Assembly (NCBI GenBank): GCA_937924855.1
Contig: CALEYQ010000043.1
Span: 2,263 to 66,262, forward strand
Length of the DNA: 64,000 bases
Direction of reading: 5' to 3'
Source of the DNA: an uncultured Bacteroidota bacterium
Lineage (GTDB): Bacteria > Bacteroidota > Bacteroidia > JADZBD01
The translations under genes were made by a program, and so were the position numbers. This document shows, one piece after another, positions 8,975-16,900 of the stretch (position 1 is its first letter; the number at the start of each line of letters is the position of its first letter). The notes under the pieces are model-generated. The model was given only the letters and a program-made list of their open reading frames with translations, was not told the DNA's origin and ran no database searches.

Positions 8975-9679
8975 TTAACCGGTAAAAAACCAGTCCCAGG
9001 AAATTTTCAAAATGAGGGCGGAAACCATAACCAGAAACAACACGCGTACAAATCCGCTTCCTTTTTTCAATGCTGTATTTGCGCCCACCCAGCTGCCAAG
9101 AGCGTTGAATATGGCTACGGGAATAGCCAGCGAATAAATAATCTGACCGGTGGAAACAAAAAAAACGAGGGCGGCAAGATTGGTCCCGCAATTCAAAAGT
9201 TTGGCCGAGGCTGAAGAAGCCACAAAGTCGAACCCGAAGACTGAAATAAAAATAAAAATCAGGAAGCTTCCGGTTCCCGGGCCGAAAAACCCATCGTAAA
9301 ATCCAATAATTCCTCCTGTGGCAAAGGCGGCTACAATAGTTTCTGTTTTAGAAAGCCGGGGGCTGTGAACCGATCCAAGATTTTTTTTGAAAAATGTATA
9401 CCCCGCAACCAAAACCAAAAGGCAAACCACAAGGGGGCGTATTAGATCTTTGTTGAGATAGGAAACACACCAGGCCCCGAGAAAAGCAAAAGAAAGGGAG
9501 GAAATTAATCCCGGAAACAAAACCGTTTTGGGAACACTAACGTTTTTCAGGTAGCGAAACAATGCGGTAATTGTTCCTGTAAAGGAAACCAGCTTGTTGG
9601 TTCCCATAAGGGTGGGAATAGGAACTCCGGGAACCAAAATCAGAAAAGCGGGAAACTGGATCAAACCTCCCCCTCCCAC
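8975..9679 (-). CDS. TauE/SafE family sulfite/organosulfonate exporter-type membrane protein
   Basis: GGGGLIQFPAFL near the N-terminus, a repeated GxxGG pattern (FATGGIIGFYDGFFGPGTGSF) and ~7-8 TM helices. The GTG start at 9679 probably truncates conserved sequence (see finding at 9680..9757). Confidence 0.8.
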   Translation of the reverse strand: MGGGGLIQFPAFLILVPGVPIPTLMGTNKLVSFTGTITALFRYLKNVSVPKTVLFPGLISSLSFAFLGAWCVSYLNKDLIRPLVVCLLVLVAGYTFFKKNLGSVHSPRLSKTETIVAAFATGGIIGFYDGFFGPGTGSFLIFIFISVFGFDFVASSASAKLLNCGTNLAALVFFVSTGQIIYSLAIPVAIFNALGSWVGANTALKKGSGFVRVLFLVMVSALILKISWDWFFTG

Positions 9680-9765
9680 TACGGCATCTATGAACCCCGC
9701 CAGAAAGCCAAAGGCACAGAGCAGAAGAAGGTGTGAAAGATCAACAAATTCCAGAAATCAGGGTT

Positions 9766-10161
9766 TTATTGGGGCCCGCCGGCATCAATCCAGCGTTCGA
9801 TTTTTTTCCGGTCGCACTCCGTTACCTGGGCAGCTTCGGTGGACGCGGGAGGAGGCATGTCCCGATTAATTACAACCCTTTGGCGAAGGGAGCCGTCGTT
9901 TACCTTTAGTAAGACGGCATTATAATCGGAGAAGTTTCCGGGACCGGTGCCGCTGGGAGAATGGCAGGAAGGGGTTCCGCATTTACTGGTTATTATGTTT
10001 CCAATCCCATTGTTCCAGGTATGATTGGTAATGGTGTCGCAGGTGTTCAATGCGTTTTTGATCATAGGACCGCGATCGGCGGTACAAGCGGACCAAAATC
10101 CGACAATAGCGAGCAAGGGGACACTAATGTACCACTGCAATTTTCTTTGCATAAACGCCAT
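9766..10161 (-). CDS. Small lipoprotein with a cytochrome-c-like (PSCyt1-like) domain carrying CX4CH
   Basis: The track ORF is 9766..10215. The likely start is the internal ATG at 10161 (MAFMQRKLQWYISVPLLAIVGFWSAC, lipobox-like). The core IITSKCGTPSCHSPSG...NRDMPPP...ECDRKKIERWIDAGGP resembles Planctomycete-type cytochrome c domains, but with CGTPSCH in place of CXXCH. Confidence 0.5.
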   Translation of the reverse strand: MAFMQRKLQWYISVPLLAIVGFWSACTADRGPMIKNALNTCDTITNHTWNNGIGNIITSKCGTPSCHSPSGTGPGNFSDYNAVLLKVNDGSLRQRVVINRDMPPPASTEAAQVTECDRKKIERWIDAGGPQ

Positions 10162-10969
10162 TTTGATTTTCAATTCTGATGAAATAAACACCGGGTTTCC
10201 AGGAGGTGCAATCAATGGTCTCGTTTACGAAACTTCCTGAGTTGAAATCCGCTCTGAATAATTCCTTGCCCGAAAGGTCGTGGGCTGAAATCCGGGTGTT
10301 TTCGGTTGTAGTCATTTCAAGATTCACATTCAAAAAATTATTTGCGGGAACGGGGAAAATATCAATGCGGGCAATTCCGGTGGGATAGGCAATCCCTGAG
10401 CTTAAATCCTCCGGAATTGTCAGGGTAGAAATAAAAATTGTGTCTCCGGAGTTTGCGTTATTGCTGTTGGTTACATTGAATGCGGCATAAAAGGTAACAT
10501 TTCCCGTTCCCTGCCCGGGCGCTGTCCAGTTAAAGCTCCAGGTTTTGGTCCCCGGGCCTGAGGTGCCGATATTAGTATGGGTAATATATTTACCGGATCC
10601 GATTATTGTGGTTTGTGTAGAGGTGTTGGCAAGGGTTCCAAGCAGGTTTCCGGCATTGTTTTGGGGGCTTGCCTGAAATCCAAATTTGCTATGTCCTGCC
10701 CGGGTAATGGTTGCAGTTACCTGGTAAGTGCTTCCAGGCATATATCCGGTAATGGGAACATTAGAGCTAATGGCCCCGGATATAGTTTGAGGAAGCGGCC
10801 CGGCATGGCATACCGTACAGGTTTTATTGTCGAAGGGAGACCCGGTGTGACCTGCAGGAGCTGCACCCGTAGATTGGACATGCTGACCCTCCCCGGAAAA
10901 CCCAAAGAAAAGAAGGCTAATAATGGAAACAAAAAAAAAAACAAAAAAAATGAGTAATGGTTTTATCAT
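10124..10969 (-). CDS. T9SS type-A-sorted secreted protein with an N-terminal CXXCH motif
   Basis: Signal peptide MIKPLLIFFVFFFVSIISLLFFGFSG, then GHTGSPFDNKTCTVCHAG. The C-terminal ~75 aa (IDIFPVPANNFLNVNL...DLSGKEL...GVYFIRIENQNGVYAKKIAVVH) match a Por_Secre_tail-type CTD. Confidence 0.7.
   Translation of the reverse strand: MIKPLLIFFVFFFVSIISLLFFGFSGEGQHVQSTGAAPAGHTGSPFDNKTCTVCHAGPLPQTISGAISSNVPITGYMPGSTYQVTATITRAGHSKFGFQASPQNNAGNLLGTLANTSTQTTIIGSGKYITHTNIGTSGPGTKTWSFNWTAPGQGTGNVTFYAAFNVTNSNNANSGDTIFISTLTIPEDLSSGIAYPTGIARIDIFPVPANNFLNVNLEMTTTENTRISAHDLSGKELFRADFNSGSFVNETIDCTSWKPGVYFIRIENQNGVYAKKIAVVH
10931..10950 (-). repeat. Homopolymer tracts T11 and T8 (sense strand) in the signal-peptide codons
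   Basis: The plus strand has A11 at 10931..10941, C at 10942 and A8 at 10943..10950. The sense strand reads ATT TTT TTT GTT TTT TTT TTT GTT (IFFVFFFV). Confidence 0.95.
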
Positions 10970-10988
10970 ATTAATCTCGGTAGAAAAA

Positions 10989-10996
10989 CAAAAATA
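10989..10996 (-). promoter_or_regulatory. Candidate Bacteroidota -7 box (TATTTTTG on the minus strand)
   Basis: Plus-strand CAAAAATA matches TAnnTTTG on the minus strand, 19 nt upstream of the ATG at 10969. Confidence 0.35.
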
Positions 10997-11053
10997 ACAT
11001 TTTCCGGTTGAAAGTAAAAACTGGCCTTTTTATCTTTATTTTCGACACCACCA

Positions 11054-12211
11054 ATGGACATTTCAGAGATTCTCAATCATTCCGGAGAAGAAAGAGCTTC
11101 GTATTTCGGTGCTGTTTCTCCACCCATATTCCAGACTACCAATTTTTGTTTTCCGGATGTAAGCAGCATGCGGGAAAGCCTGAAAAAGGAAATGGAGGTT
11201 CCTTTCTATACCCGTGGCTTTAATCCGACGGTGGGTATTCTACGAAAAAAAATAGCCGCCCTTGAAAAAGCCGAAGACGCCCTTGTCTTTGGAAGCGGCA
11301 GCGCTGCCATTGCCTCTGCTGTATTGAGTGTGGTTTCCTCCGGCGATCATGTGCTTTGTGTTTCCAAACCCTATTCCTGGACCCACTCGCTGTTGTCGAA
11401 ATATCTGGCAAAGTTTAATGTTGCCTCCGATTTTTCCCCGGGTGGAGATGCGAAGGAATTTGAAAAACAGATTCGTCCCGAAACGAAGTTGATTTATCTG
11501 GAAAGTCCCAATTCGCTAACCTTTGAAATTCAGAACCTGGCTGCCATTGCCGCAATAGCAAAATCGAGAAACATTGTAACCATTGCCGATAACAGCTATG
11601 CCAGTCCCCTCAACCAAAGTCCTATTTCTCTGGGCATTGATTTGGTGGTTCATTCGGCCAGCAAATACCTGAACGGCCATAGCGATGTGGTGGCAGGAGT
11701 TGTGGCCGGTAGCAGCGAAAGGATAAAAAAAATGATGGCCACGGAGTTTATGACTTTGGGAGCCATAATTTCACCCCATGATGCCTGGCTGATATTACGC
11801 GGACTCCGCACTTTGGAAATCCGGGTAAACCGCAGTTCCGAATCGGCGGTAAAGGTGGTGTCTTTTCTGGCCTCACATCCATGTGTAGAGACCCTTTATT
11901 ATCCCATGCTAGAATCCCATCCCGGTTCCGACATTGCTAAAAAACAAATGTGCAAGGGGGGTGGACTTTTGTCGATGAAAATTAAAACAAGTGACGAGGC
12001 CGGGATTGAGCGATTTTGTAATTCCCTGAAGCGGTTTTTGCTGGCCACCAGCTGGGGCGGGTATGAGTCATTGGTTTTCCCTGTTTGTGCCGTTCAGGCT
12101 TCGCGTAGTTTTGAAAACCCCCTGCCCTTTAATCTGGTGAGGTTGTATATCGGCCTCGAAAATCCTGATGACCTCATTTCCGATCTGAAGCAAGCTTTGG
12201 AAAAAGTTTAA
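11054..12211 (+). CDS. PLP-dependent trans-sulfuration family enzyme (cystathionine gamma-synthase/beta-lyase/methionine gamma-lyase type)
   Basis: 385 aa. The PLP-lysine motif is HSASKYLNGHSDVVAG. It has the family-typical N-terminus (..PPIFQTTNF..) and C-terminus (SWGGYESL..RLYIGLE). Confidence 0.85.
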   Translation: MDISEILNHSGEERASYFGAVSPPIFQTTNFCFPDVSSMRESLKKEMEVPFYTRGFNPTVGILRKKIAALEKAEDALVFGSGSAAIASAVLSVVSSGDHVLCVSKPYSWTHSLLSKYLAKFNVASDFSPGGDAKEFEKQIRPETKLIYLESPNSLTFEIQNLAAIAAIAKSRNIVTIADNSYASPLNQSPISLGIDLVVHSASKYLNGHSDVVAGVVAGSSERIKKMMATEFMTLGAIISPHDAWLILRGLRTLEIRVNRSSESAVKVVSFLASHPCVETLYYPMLESHPGSDIAKKQMCKGGGLLSMKIKTSDEAGIERFCNSLKRFLLATSWGGYESLVFPVCAVQASRSFENPLPFNLVRLYIGLENPDDLISDLKQALEKV

Positions 12212-14078
12212 GGAGCTCTTTTGAATTCCTGTTCCCCATGGGAATTATTTCAAAGGGATGAGGTAATGTTCCCAATTCGAGATTCTTTGCCGGACCCAGT
12301 CCAATGTAACGACCATCAGCAGTTTTTAGGTTCCAACCCTCCCCGTTTCGTTCAGGAAAAACTACAAGTCCATTATTAAATTCTTTTACCCCTGCACAAA
12401 GTGCTACTCCCGAATCACAGTTTCCAAAAAATGCTTTTCTAAAACTTCGGAATACAATACCACCTGAATCGGAAGAAAAGCCGGAAAATGCCTCCCAAAA
12501 TCCCGGTGAGGCCCGATCGGCCATGAGTGTGTCCTGACGGGAAAGGTCGTGACAAACAAAACCCTCCTTCATGCTTTTCAGGAAAAAGCCCCATCCCTGA
12601 GAAAGGGGTGCACCGGTGAATAAAATTTCTTTTTCGGGGTTTGATTTTCCTGTTGCCGCTTTAGTATCATGCTTAAATAAATATCCCGCCACAGGATTTC
12701 CTTCAAATGAGTGTTGGGGAACATAAGGCTCTTTGGCAAACAACAATTGAAGATTGGGTTTGTTAATTAATTCGGAAAGGAATACGCCTTTCTCTGTTGG
12801 ACCAAAATGTCCGTCCCAAAAAAAACAATACTCTCTCACTAAAAAAGGAATTTTGTTCAAAGAAGAAACTTCAAAAAACCTGGTTACATCGTAAGGATCG
12901 AGATCGCAATAATACCAAATAGTAGGATCCGTGGAAAAAACAGGAAGGGGTTCGGACTGAAGATTTCTTTTGATTTCATTGGCAATGTCCTTTTTGAGCC
13001 ATGTATCGCCAGAATCGGGTTTAATAAAGTCTGTCTTTTCTCTTTCAAACCAGACAGGCAACATAAAAACAAATGCTAAAACAATAACGAACACATGATT
13101 TTTTATCGGTTCCAGCATTCGGGAAACTGTAATGGAAATTAAAATAGCAAACCCGGGAAGAACGGGTGCAAGGGTTCGTAATAATCCGGCCGATCCGAGT
13201 GATCCTTTCCAGAACAGATAGCTGTGGGCCAGAACATATAGCCAAACCCAGCCAAGGAGAATCAGCAGGGGCGACCCCGGAAACTTTACATAGGAAGTAG
13301 TTTTCAAAAAAAGACAAAGAAGGGAGCCCAGCAAGGCGAGTGAAAAAAAAGACCAACCAGAAAAATCACCCATACGTTTAAAAAAATGGAAAAAATCTCC
13401 TGCATTATGATAGGCTGACTTGCCCATATAAGGATCGGAGGTAAAAAGCCAAAAAATATCCTTAAATAAAAAGGCGCCCCACAATCCAATAATGACAAGC
13501 CCTGTTCCTAAAAAGGGAATCAATCGGTATTTTCCGTTACCTATCAAAAAGGGGAGTCCCAAAACTATCAGCAGCCAGCCTTCGGGTCTGGCAAAGGGGG
13601 CGAAGGAAACCAAAATGGCAAACCCCAGAAAGCGCTTACGGACAGCCAGAAACAAAGCAAGAGAAAAAATCAGTCCCAAAAAAATTTCGGTCATGGTGCT
13701 TGAAGACAGCAAAGACCAAAGAGGGAACAGTGGTAAAATAAAAATAGGAAGCCATGGGGTTTTTATGGTTAGCTCCTTCAGGATTCCATAGCAGACTAGC
13801 CCTGTTGCAAGGGAGCAAACCATATTAAACCCAATAAGTCCTCCAATGCCAAATTGGGAAAACGGGCTGGAAAAAAAGGTAAAAAGGGGTTTGCCCCAAA
13901 GATCCAGAAAGAGATGGGGGTGGTTCCATGAATAGCGGGATATTCCGTAATGAACAATGGCGTCGCCTCCGCCTTCGGGTTCTTCATTAAACCACGCTAA
14001 CACCAGATAAATACCCAATGACATCAGGCTACCGGCGACGATTACAGCAGCAGAAAGGAAGGACTTTTGCCGGAGCAT
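12174..14078 (-). CDS. Polytopic membrane protein, second GT-C-like candidate, with a large C-terminal soluble domain
   Basis: 634-aa ORF with ~12 hydrophobic helices in the N-terminal ~340 aa. The first loop is EEPEGGGDAIVHYGISRYSW. Its 3' end overlaps the convergent PLP-enzyme gene by 38 nt. Confidence 0.5.
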   Translation of the reverse strand: MLRQKSFLSAAVIVAGSLMSLGIYLVLAWFNEEPEGGGDAIVHYGISRYSWNHPHLFLDLWGKPLFTFFSSPFSQFGIGGLIGFNMVCSLATGLVCYGILKELTIKTPWLPIFILPLFPLWSLLSSSTMTEIFLGLIFSLALFLAVRKRFLGFAILVSFAPFARPEGWLLIVLGLPFLIGNGKYRLIPFLGTGLVIIGLWGAFLFKDIFWLFTSDPYMGKSAYHNAGDFFHFFKRMGDFSGWSFFSLALLGSLLCLFLKTTSYVKFPGSPLLILLGWVWLYVLAHSYLFWKGSLGSAGLLRTLAPVLPGFAILISITVSRMLEPIKNHVFVIVLAFVFMLPVWFEREKTDFIKPDSGDTWLKKDIANEIKRNLQSEPLPVFSTDPTIWYYCDLDPYDVTRFFEVSSLNKIPFLVREYCFFWDGHFGPTEKGVFLSELINKPNLQLLFAKEPYVPQHSFEGNPVAGYLFKHDTKAATGKSNPEKEILFTGAPLSQGWGFFLKSMKEGFVCHDLSRQDTLMADRASPGFWEAFSGFSSDSGGIVFRSFRKAFFGNCDSGVALCAGVKEFNNGLVVFPERNGEGWNLKTADGRYIGLGPAKNLELGTLPHPFEIIPMGNRNSKELLKLFPKLASDRK

Positions 14079-14310
14079 TAATTGGTTTTTGGCGACATGT
14101 ATAAAGGGGAGAAGAAAGTTACAATACTTTTTTAAAATAGCCCCTTCCTATAAAAATTGGGGTTGTGTAAAGCAGGAGGTTGTGGCGAGGACAGCGAGGA
14201 TGCCTCCAAACATCCCCACTTGGTGGGGATCGTCAGGACCCGCAATTTCCAACAGGTTTGATCAAGCGGACTTTGTCTACTGAAGCCCTCCGGGATTATC
14301 TAACTAAATG

Positions 14311-14373
14311 AAAAAAAATACTAAGCCCTCCTTCGCTCCCCTCACCTGGTCGGTTCGCGGAGCTTCGGAGGGC
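14311..14373 (-). terminator. Rho-independent terminator downstream of tRNA-Arg
   Basis: The minus strand reads GCCCTCC-GAA-GCTCC-(19-nt loop)-GGAGC-GAA-GGAGGGC (14373..14325), followed by TTAGTATTTTTTTT. Confidence 0.6.
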
Positions 14374-14378
14374 GAAGG

Positions 14379-14452
14379 TGGACCCGGCGGGAGTCGAACC
14401 CGCAACCTTTGGCTCCGGAGGCCAACACTCTATCCAGTTGAGCTACGGGTCC
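14379..14452 (-). tRNA. tRNA-Arg (anticodon CCG)
   Basis: Hand-folded cloverleaf: acceptor GGACCCG/CGGGTCC, D stem GCTC/GAGT, anticodon stem TTGGC/GCCAA with loop CTCCGGA, T arm GCGGG-TTCGACT-CCCGC, discriminator A. Length 74 nt. CC, but not a full CCA, is encoded after it. Confidence 0.95.
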
Positions 14453-14561
14453 TTTTTTGCCTGTAAAAACGGGGCAAATATACACATTCCCAAGGCAATA
14501 TATTGCCGGGTTAACCGTTATAAAAGCCCAGAGATTTTGTATCTTCGGGAACCCCAACCGT

Positions 14562-16892
14562 ATGCGCTTTTTAGCTGTAGCTTTTGTCCTTCTGCTTTCC
14601 GGCCTTTCGCAGGCCCAGATTGGTATTGGCCAATGGCGCGACCATTTACCCTATAAAAAGGGCATTGCCGTGACCTTTTCCTCAGAAAAGGTTTGGTGCG
14701 CTACCTCCGGCGGCCTTTTTGAATACCACAAAAACGACAATACCGTTAAACGTCTCGGAAAATTTGCCGGGTTCTCTGATGTGAACCCCTCCGATGTTAA
14801 ATACAACCCCTATAACAACACCCTGATCGTAACCTACAAAAACGGGAATATCGACATCGTTGACGGAATGGCCATCATAAACATCAGCGATGTTAAAAGA
14901 GCCCAGATAGTAGGCAACAAAACCATTAACAGCGTGTTTTTGAGAAACGAATTTGCCTACCTCGCAACCGGTTTTGGCATAGTGGTTATCGATACCAAAA
15001 GAAAAGAAGTTAAAGACACCTATTTTATCGGAACCAATGGAGGCAACATCTTTGTGCGCGACATTACCATTAACACCACGCATATTTACGCCGCAACCGA
15101 TAGCGGCGTTTTCCGCGCCTCGCTTTCCAGTTCTAACCTGGCCAACTTTACGGCATGGTCGAAAATTCAGGGACTTCCACAGGGAAAGTTCAACACCATT
15201 TGCTCCTTTAATAACAAGGTGTATGTAAACTATTCCAAAGCACTCACATCTAATACCTACGCCCAGGATACAGTTTATGTTTTCGATGGCGCTTCCTGGA
15301 CCCATAATTTCAGTCCCGCCTCGGGCTACAACTGCTATTCCATTGAGGCAATAAACTCCCATATTGCCTTTGCCAACGACGGGTATATTGATGTTTACGA
15401 TGCCAATAATCAGCTTATAGATCATATATGGACCTACCTCAATCGTTTCATTGCCCCCCGACAAGCAGTAATGGAAACCCCGAAACTGCTTTGGGTTGCC
15501 GATGCGGATGTGGGTTTGGTGCGGGTTGAAAATGTATGGAACGTTAACGGCTATGCTCCTTCCGGACCATCTACCCCTAAATCTTATGCACTGGATCTTA
15601 AAAAAGAAGTGCTCTGGGTTGCTCCCGGGGAAAGAAATGAACTATGGGACAATGCCCCGAATCCGAACATCGACGGTATTTTTTCTTTTTCGGATATTAC
15701 CTGGCGAACCATTAACCGGGAATCGCAAACCATTTTAGACTCCATTCGCGATATTGTTTCGGTAACCATTAACCCTTCCGACCCCAATCAGGTTTTTGCC
15801 GGCTGTCTGGGCAAGGGCCTGATTGAAATAAACAATGGCACCGTTACCCGGATTCACAATCAATACAACTCTTCCCTTGAAGTAAGAGGCGACGACCCCA
15901 ACTCCGGATGGGTAGCTTCCTTTGGAAGCGTTTTCGACAAAGACGGAAACCTTTGGGTAACCAACGCAAAATCGAACCGGCCCCTCTCTGTAAAAAAAGC
16001 AGGCGGGGGTTGGCAGTCTTTTTCTTTTGGCCCCAACCTGCAGCAATTGCTAATAAGCAATGTAATTGTGGATCAACGCGGTTACAAATGGTGTGTGCTC
16101 CCCCGCGGTGGCGGACTTCTGGTTTTTGATCACGGTGCAGACATATCCAATACCAACGACGACCGTTTTAAAAAATTAGGCACCGGTTCCGGAAATGGCG
16201 GACTACCAAGCGCCGAGGTATATTCCATCGTGGAAGACCTGGATGGCGAAATCTGGGTAGGAACCGATAAAGGCGTTGCTGTGTTTTATTCACCTGAAAA
16301 TGTTTTCTCCGGCGGAAATTTTGATGCCCAGCAAATTTTTGTTCAGCAGGACGGACACACCCAAATACTTTTCGAAACCGAAATTATTACTTCTATTGCT
16401 GTTGATGGTGCGAACCGGAAATGGGTAGGAACCCAAAACTCGGGTGTTTTCCTGATTTCCCAAGACGGTCAAAAAGAGGTGTATCATTTTACCGAAAACA
16501 ACAGCCCCCTGCTGTCCAATTCCATTACCTCCATTGCCATTGATCACAAATCAGGAGAAGTGTTTTTCGGAACCGCCAAAGGAATTGTTTCCTTCCGAAG
16601 CACGGCTACGGAAGGAGGCGAAAATTTTGAAAATGTATATGCATTCCCGAATCCTGTTCGTCCCGACCATAACGGAATCATCGCCATTCGTGGTTTAGTA
16701 AAAGATTGCGATGTGAAAATTACCGACATCTCCGGCGTGGTGGTAAATGCCACAAAATCATTGGGCGGAACCGCCATCTGGGACGGAAAAACATTCTCAG
16801 GCGACCGCGTTCATAGTGGCGTTTATCTTGTGTTTTGTTCTACTGAAGACGGCTCCAAAACCTACGTTACCAAAATTCTGGTGATAAACTAA
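14562..16892 (+). CDS. Two-propeller (Reg_prop-like) secreted protein with a T9SS C-terminal domain; PorZ-like T9SS component
   Basis: The start was moved to M36 (MRFLAVAFVLLLSGLSQAQ signal peptide). QWRDHLPYKKG... and repeated W(V/I)GT..G(V/L) propeller blades follow. The C-terminus is VYAFPNPVRPDHNGIIAIRGL..VKITDISGVVV..GGTAIWDGKTFSGDRVHSGVYLVF. Size and layout match PorZ homologues as I recall them. Confidence 0.6.
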   Translation: MRFLAVAFVLLLSGLSQAQIGIGQWRDHLPYKKGIAVTFSSEKVWCATSGGLFEYHKNDNTVKRLGKFAGFSDVNPSDVKYNPYNNTLIVTYKNGNIDIVDGMAIINISDVKRAQIVGNKTINSVFLRNEFAYLATGFGIVVIDTKRKEVKDTYFIGTNGGNIFVRDITINTTHIYAATDSGVFRASLSSSNLANFTAWSKIQGLPQGKFNTICSFNNKVYVNYSKALTSNTYAQDTVYVFDGASWTHNFSPASGYNCYSIEAINSHIAFANDGYIDVYDANNQLIDHIWTYLNRFIAPRQAVMETPKLLWVADADVGLVRVENVWNVNGYAPSGPSTPKSYALDLKKEVLWVAPGERNELWDNAPNPNIDGIFSFSDITWRTINRESQTILDSIRDIVSVTINPSDPNQVFAGCLGKGLIEINNGTVTRIHNQYNSSLEVRGDDPNSGWVASFGSVFDKDGNLWVTNAKSNRPLSVKKAGGGWQSFSFGPNLQQLLISNVIVDQRGYKWCVLPRGGGLLVFDHGADISNTNDDRFKKLGTGSGNGGLPSAEVYSIVEDLDGEIWVGTDKGVAVFYSPENVFSGGNFDAQQIFVQQDGHTQILFETEIITSIAVDGANRKWVGTQNSGVFLISQDGQKEVYHFTENNSPLLSNSITSIAIDHKSGEVFFGTAKGIVSFRSTATEGGENFENVYAFPNPVRPDHNGIIAIRGLVKDCDVKITDISGVVVNATKSLGGTAIWDGKTFSGDRVHSGVYLVFCSTEDGSKTYVTKILVIN

Positions 16893-16900
16893 TCCACAGG

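Noticed and set aside
10970-11053. A possible SAM or other sulfur-metabolite riboswitch upstream of the trans-sulfuration enzyme gene.
   Set aside because: The spacer is only 84 nt and is shared with the divergent promoter. I saw no conserved riboswitch core or terminator/antiterminator pair.
14089-14283. A 64-aa ORF in the long spacer next to the tRNA.
   Set aside because: It has no -7 box or plausible start context, an Arg/Trp/Gly-rich odd composition, and spans the strong hairpin at 14212..14230. The region is more likely non-coding (see the finding at 14079..14310).
14079-14452. tRNA-Arg as an integration hotspot. I looked for an integrase, a duplicated tRNA 3' end (att site) or a compositional island next to it.
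   Set aside because: There is no integrase or recombinase ORF on either side, and I found no direct repeat of the tRNA 3' half in the flanks. The neighbouring genes are ordinary envelope and housekeeping genes.
14457-14561. An N-terminal extension of the PorZ-like ORF (track start 14457).
   Set aside because: That start lies 5 nt from the tRNA gene end. The extension has no signal peptide, whereas M36 (14562) begins a textbook signal peptide. The palindrome at 14494..14507 also lies in the extension.
14682-15464. A 260-aa ORF antisense to the PorZ-like gene. Similar antisense ORFs occur at 59355..59867, 60626..61174, 20805..21236, 23959..24420 and 53243..53656.
   Set aside because: All are nested in well-supported genes on the other strand and none has a family signature. 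They are shadow ORFs.
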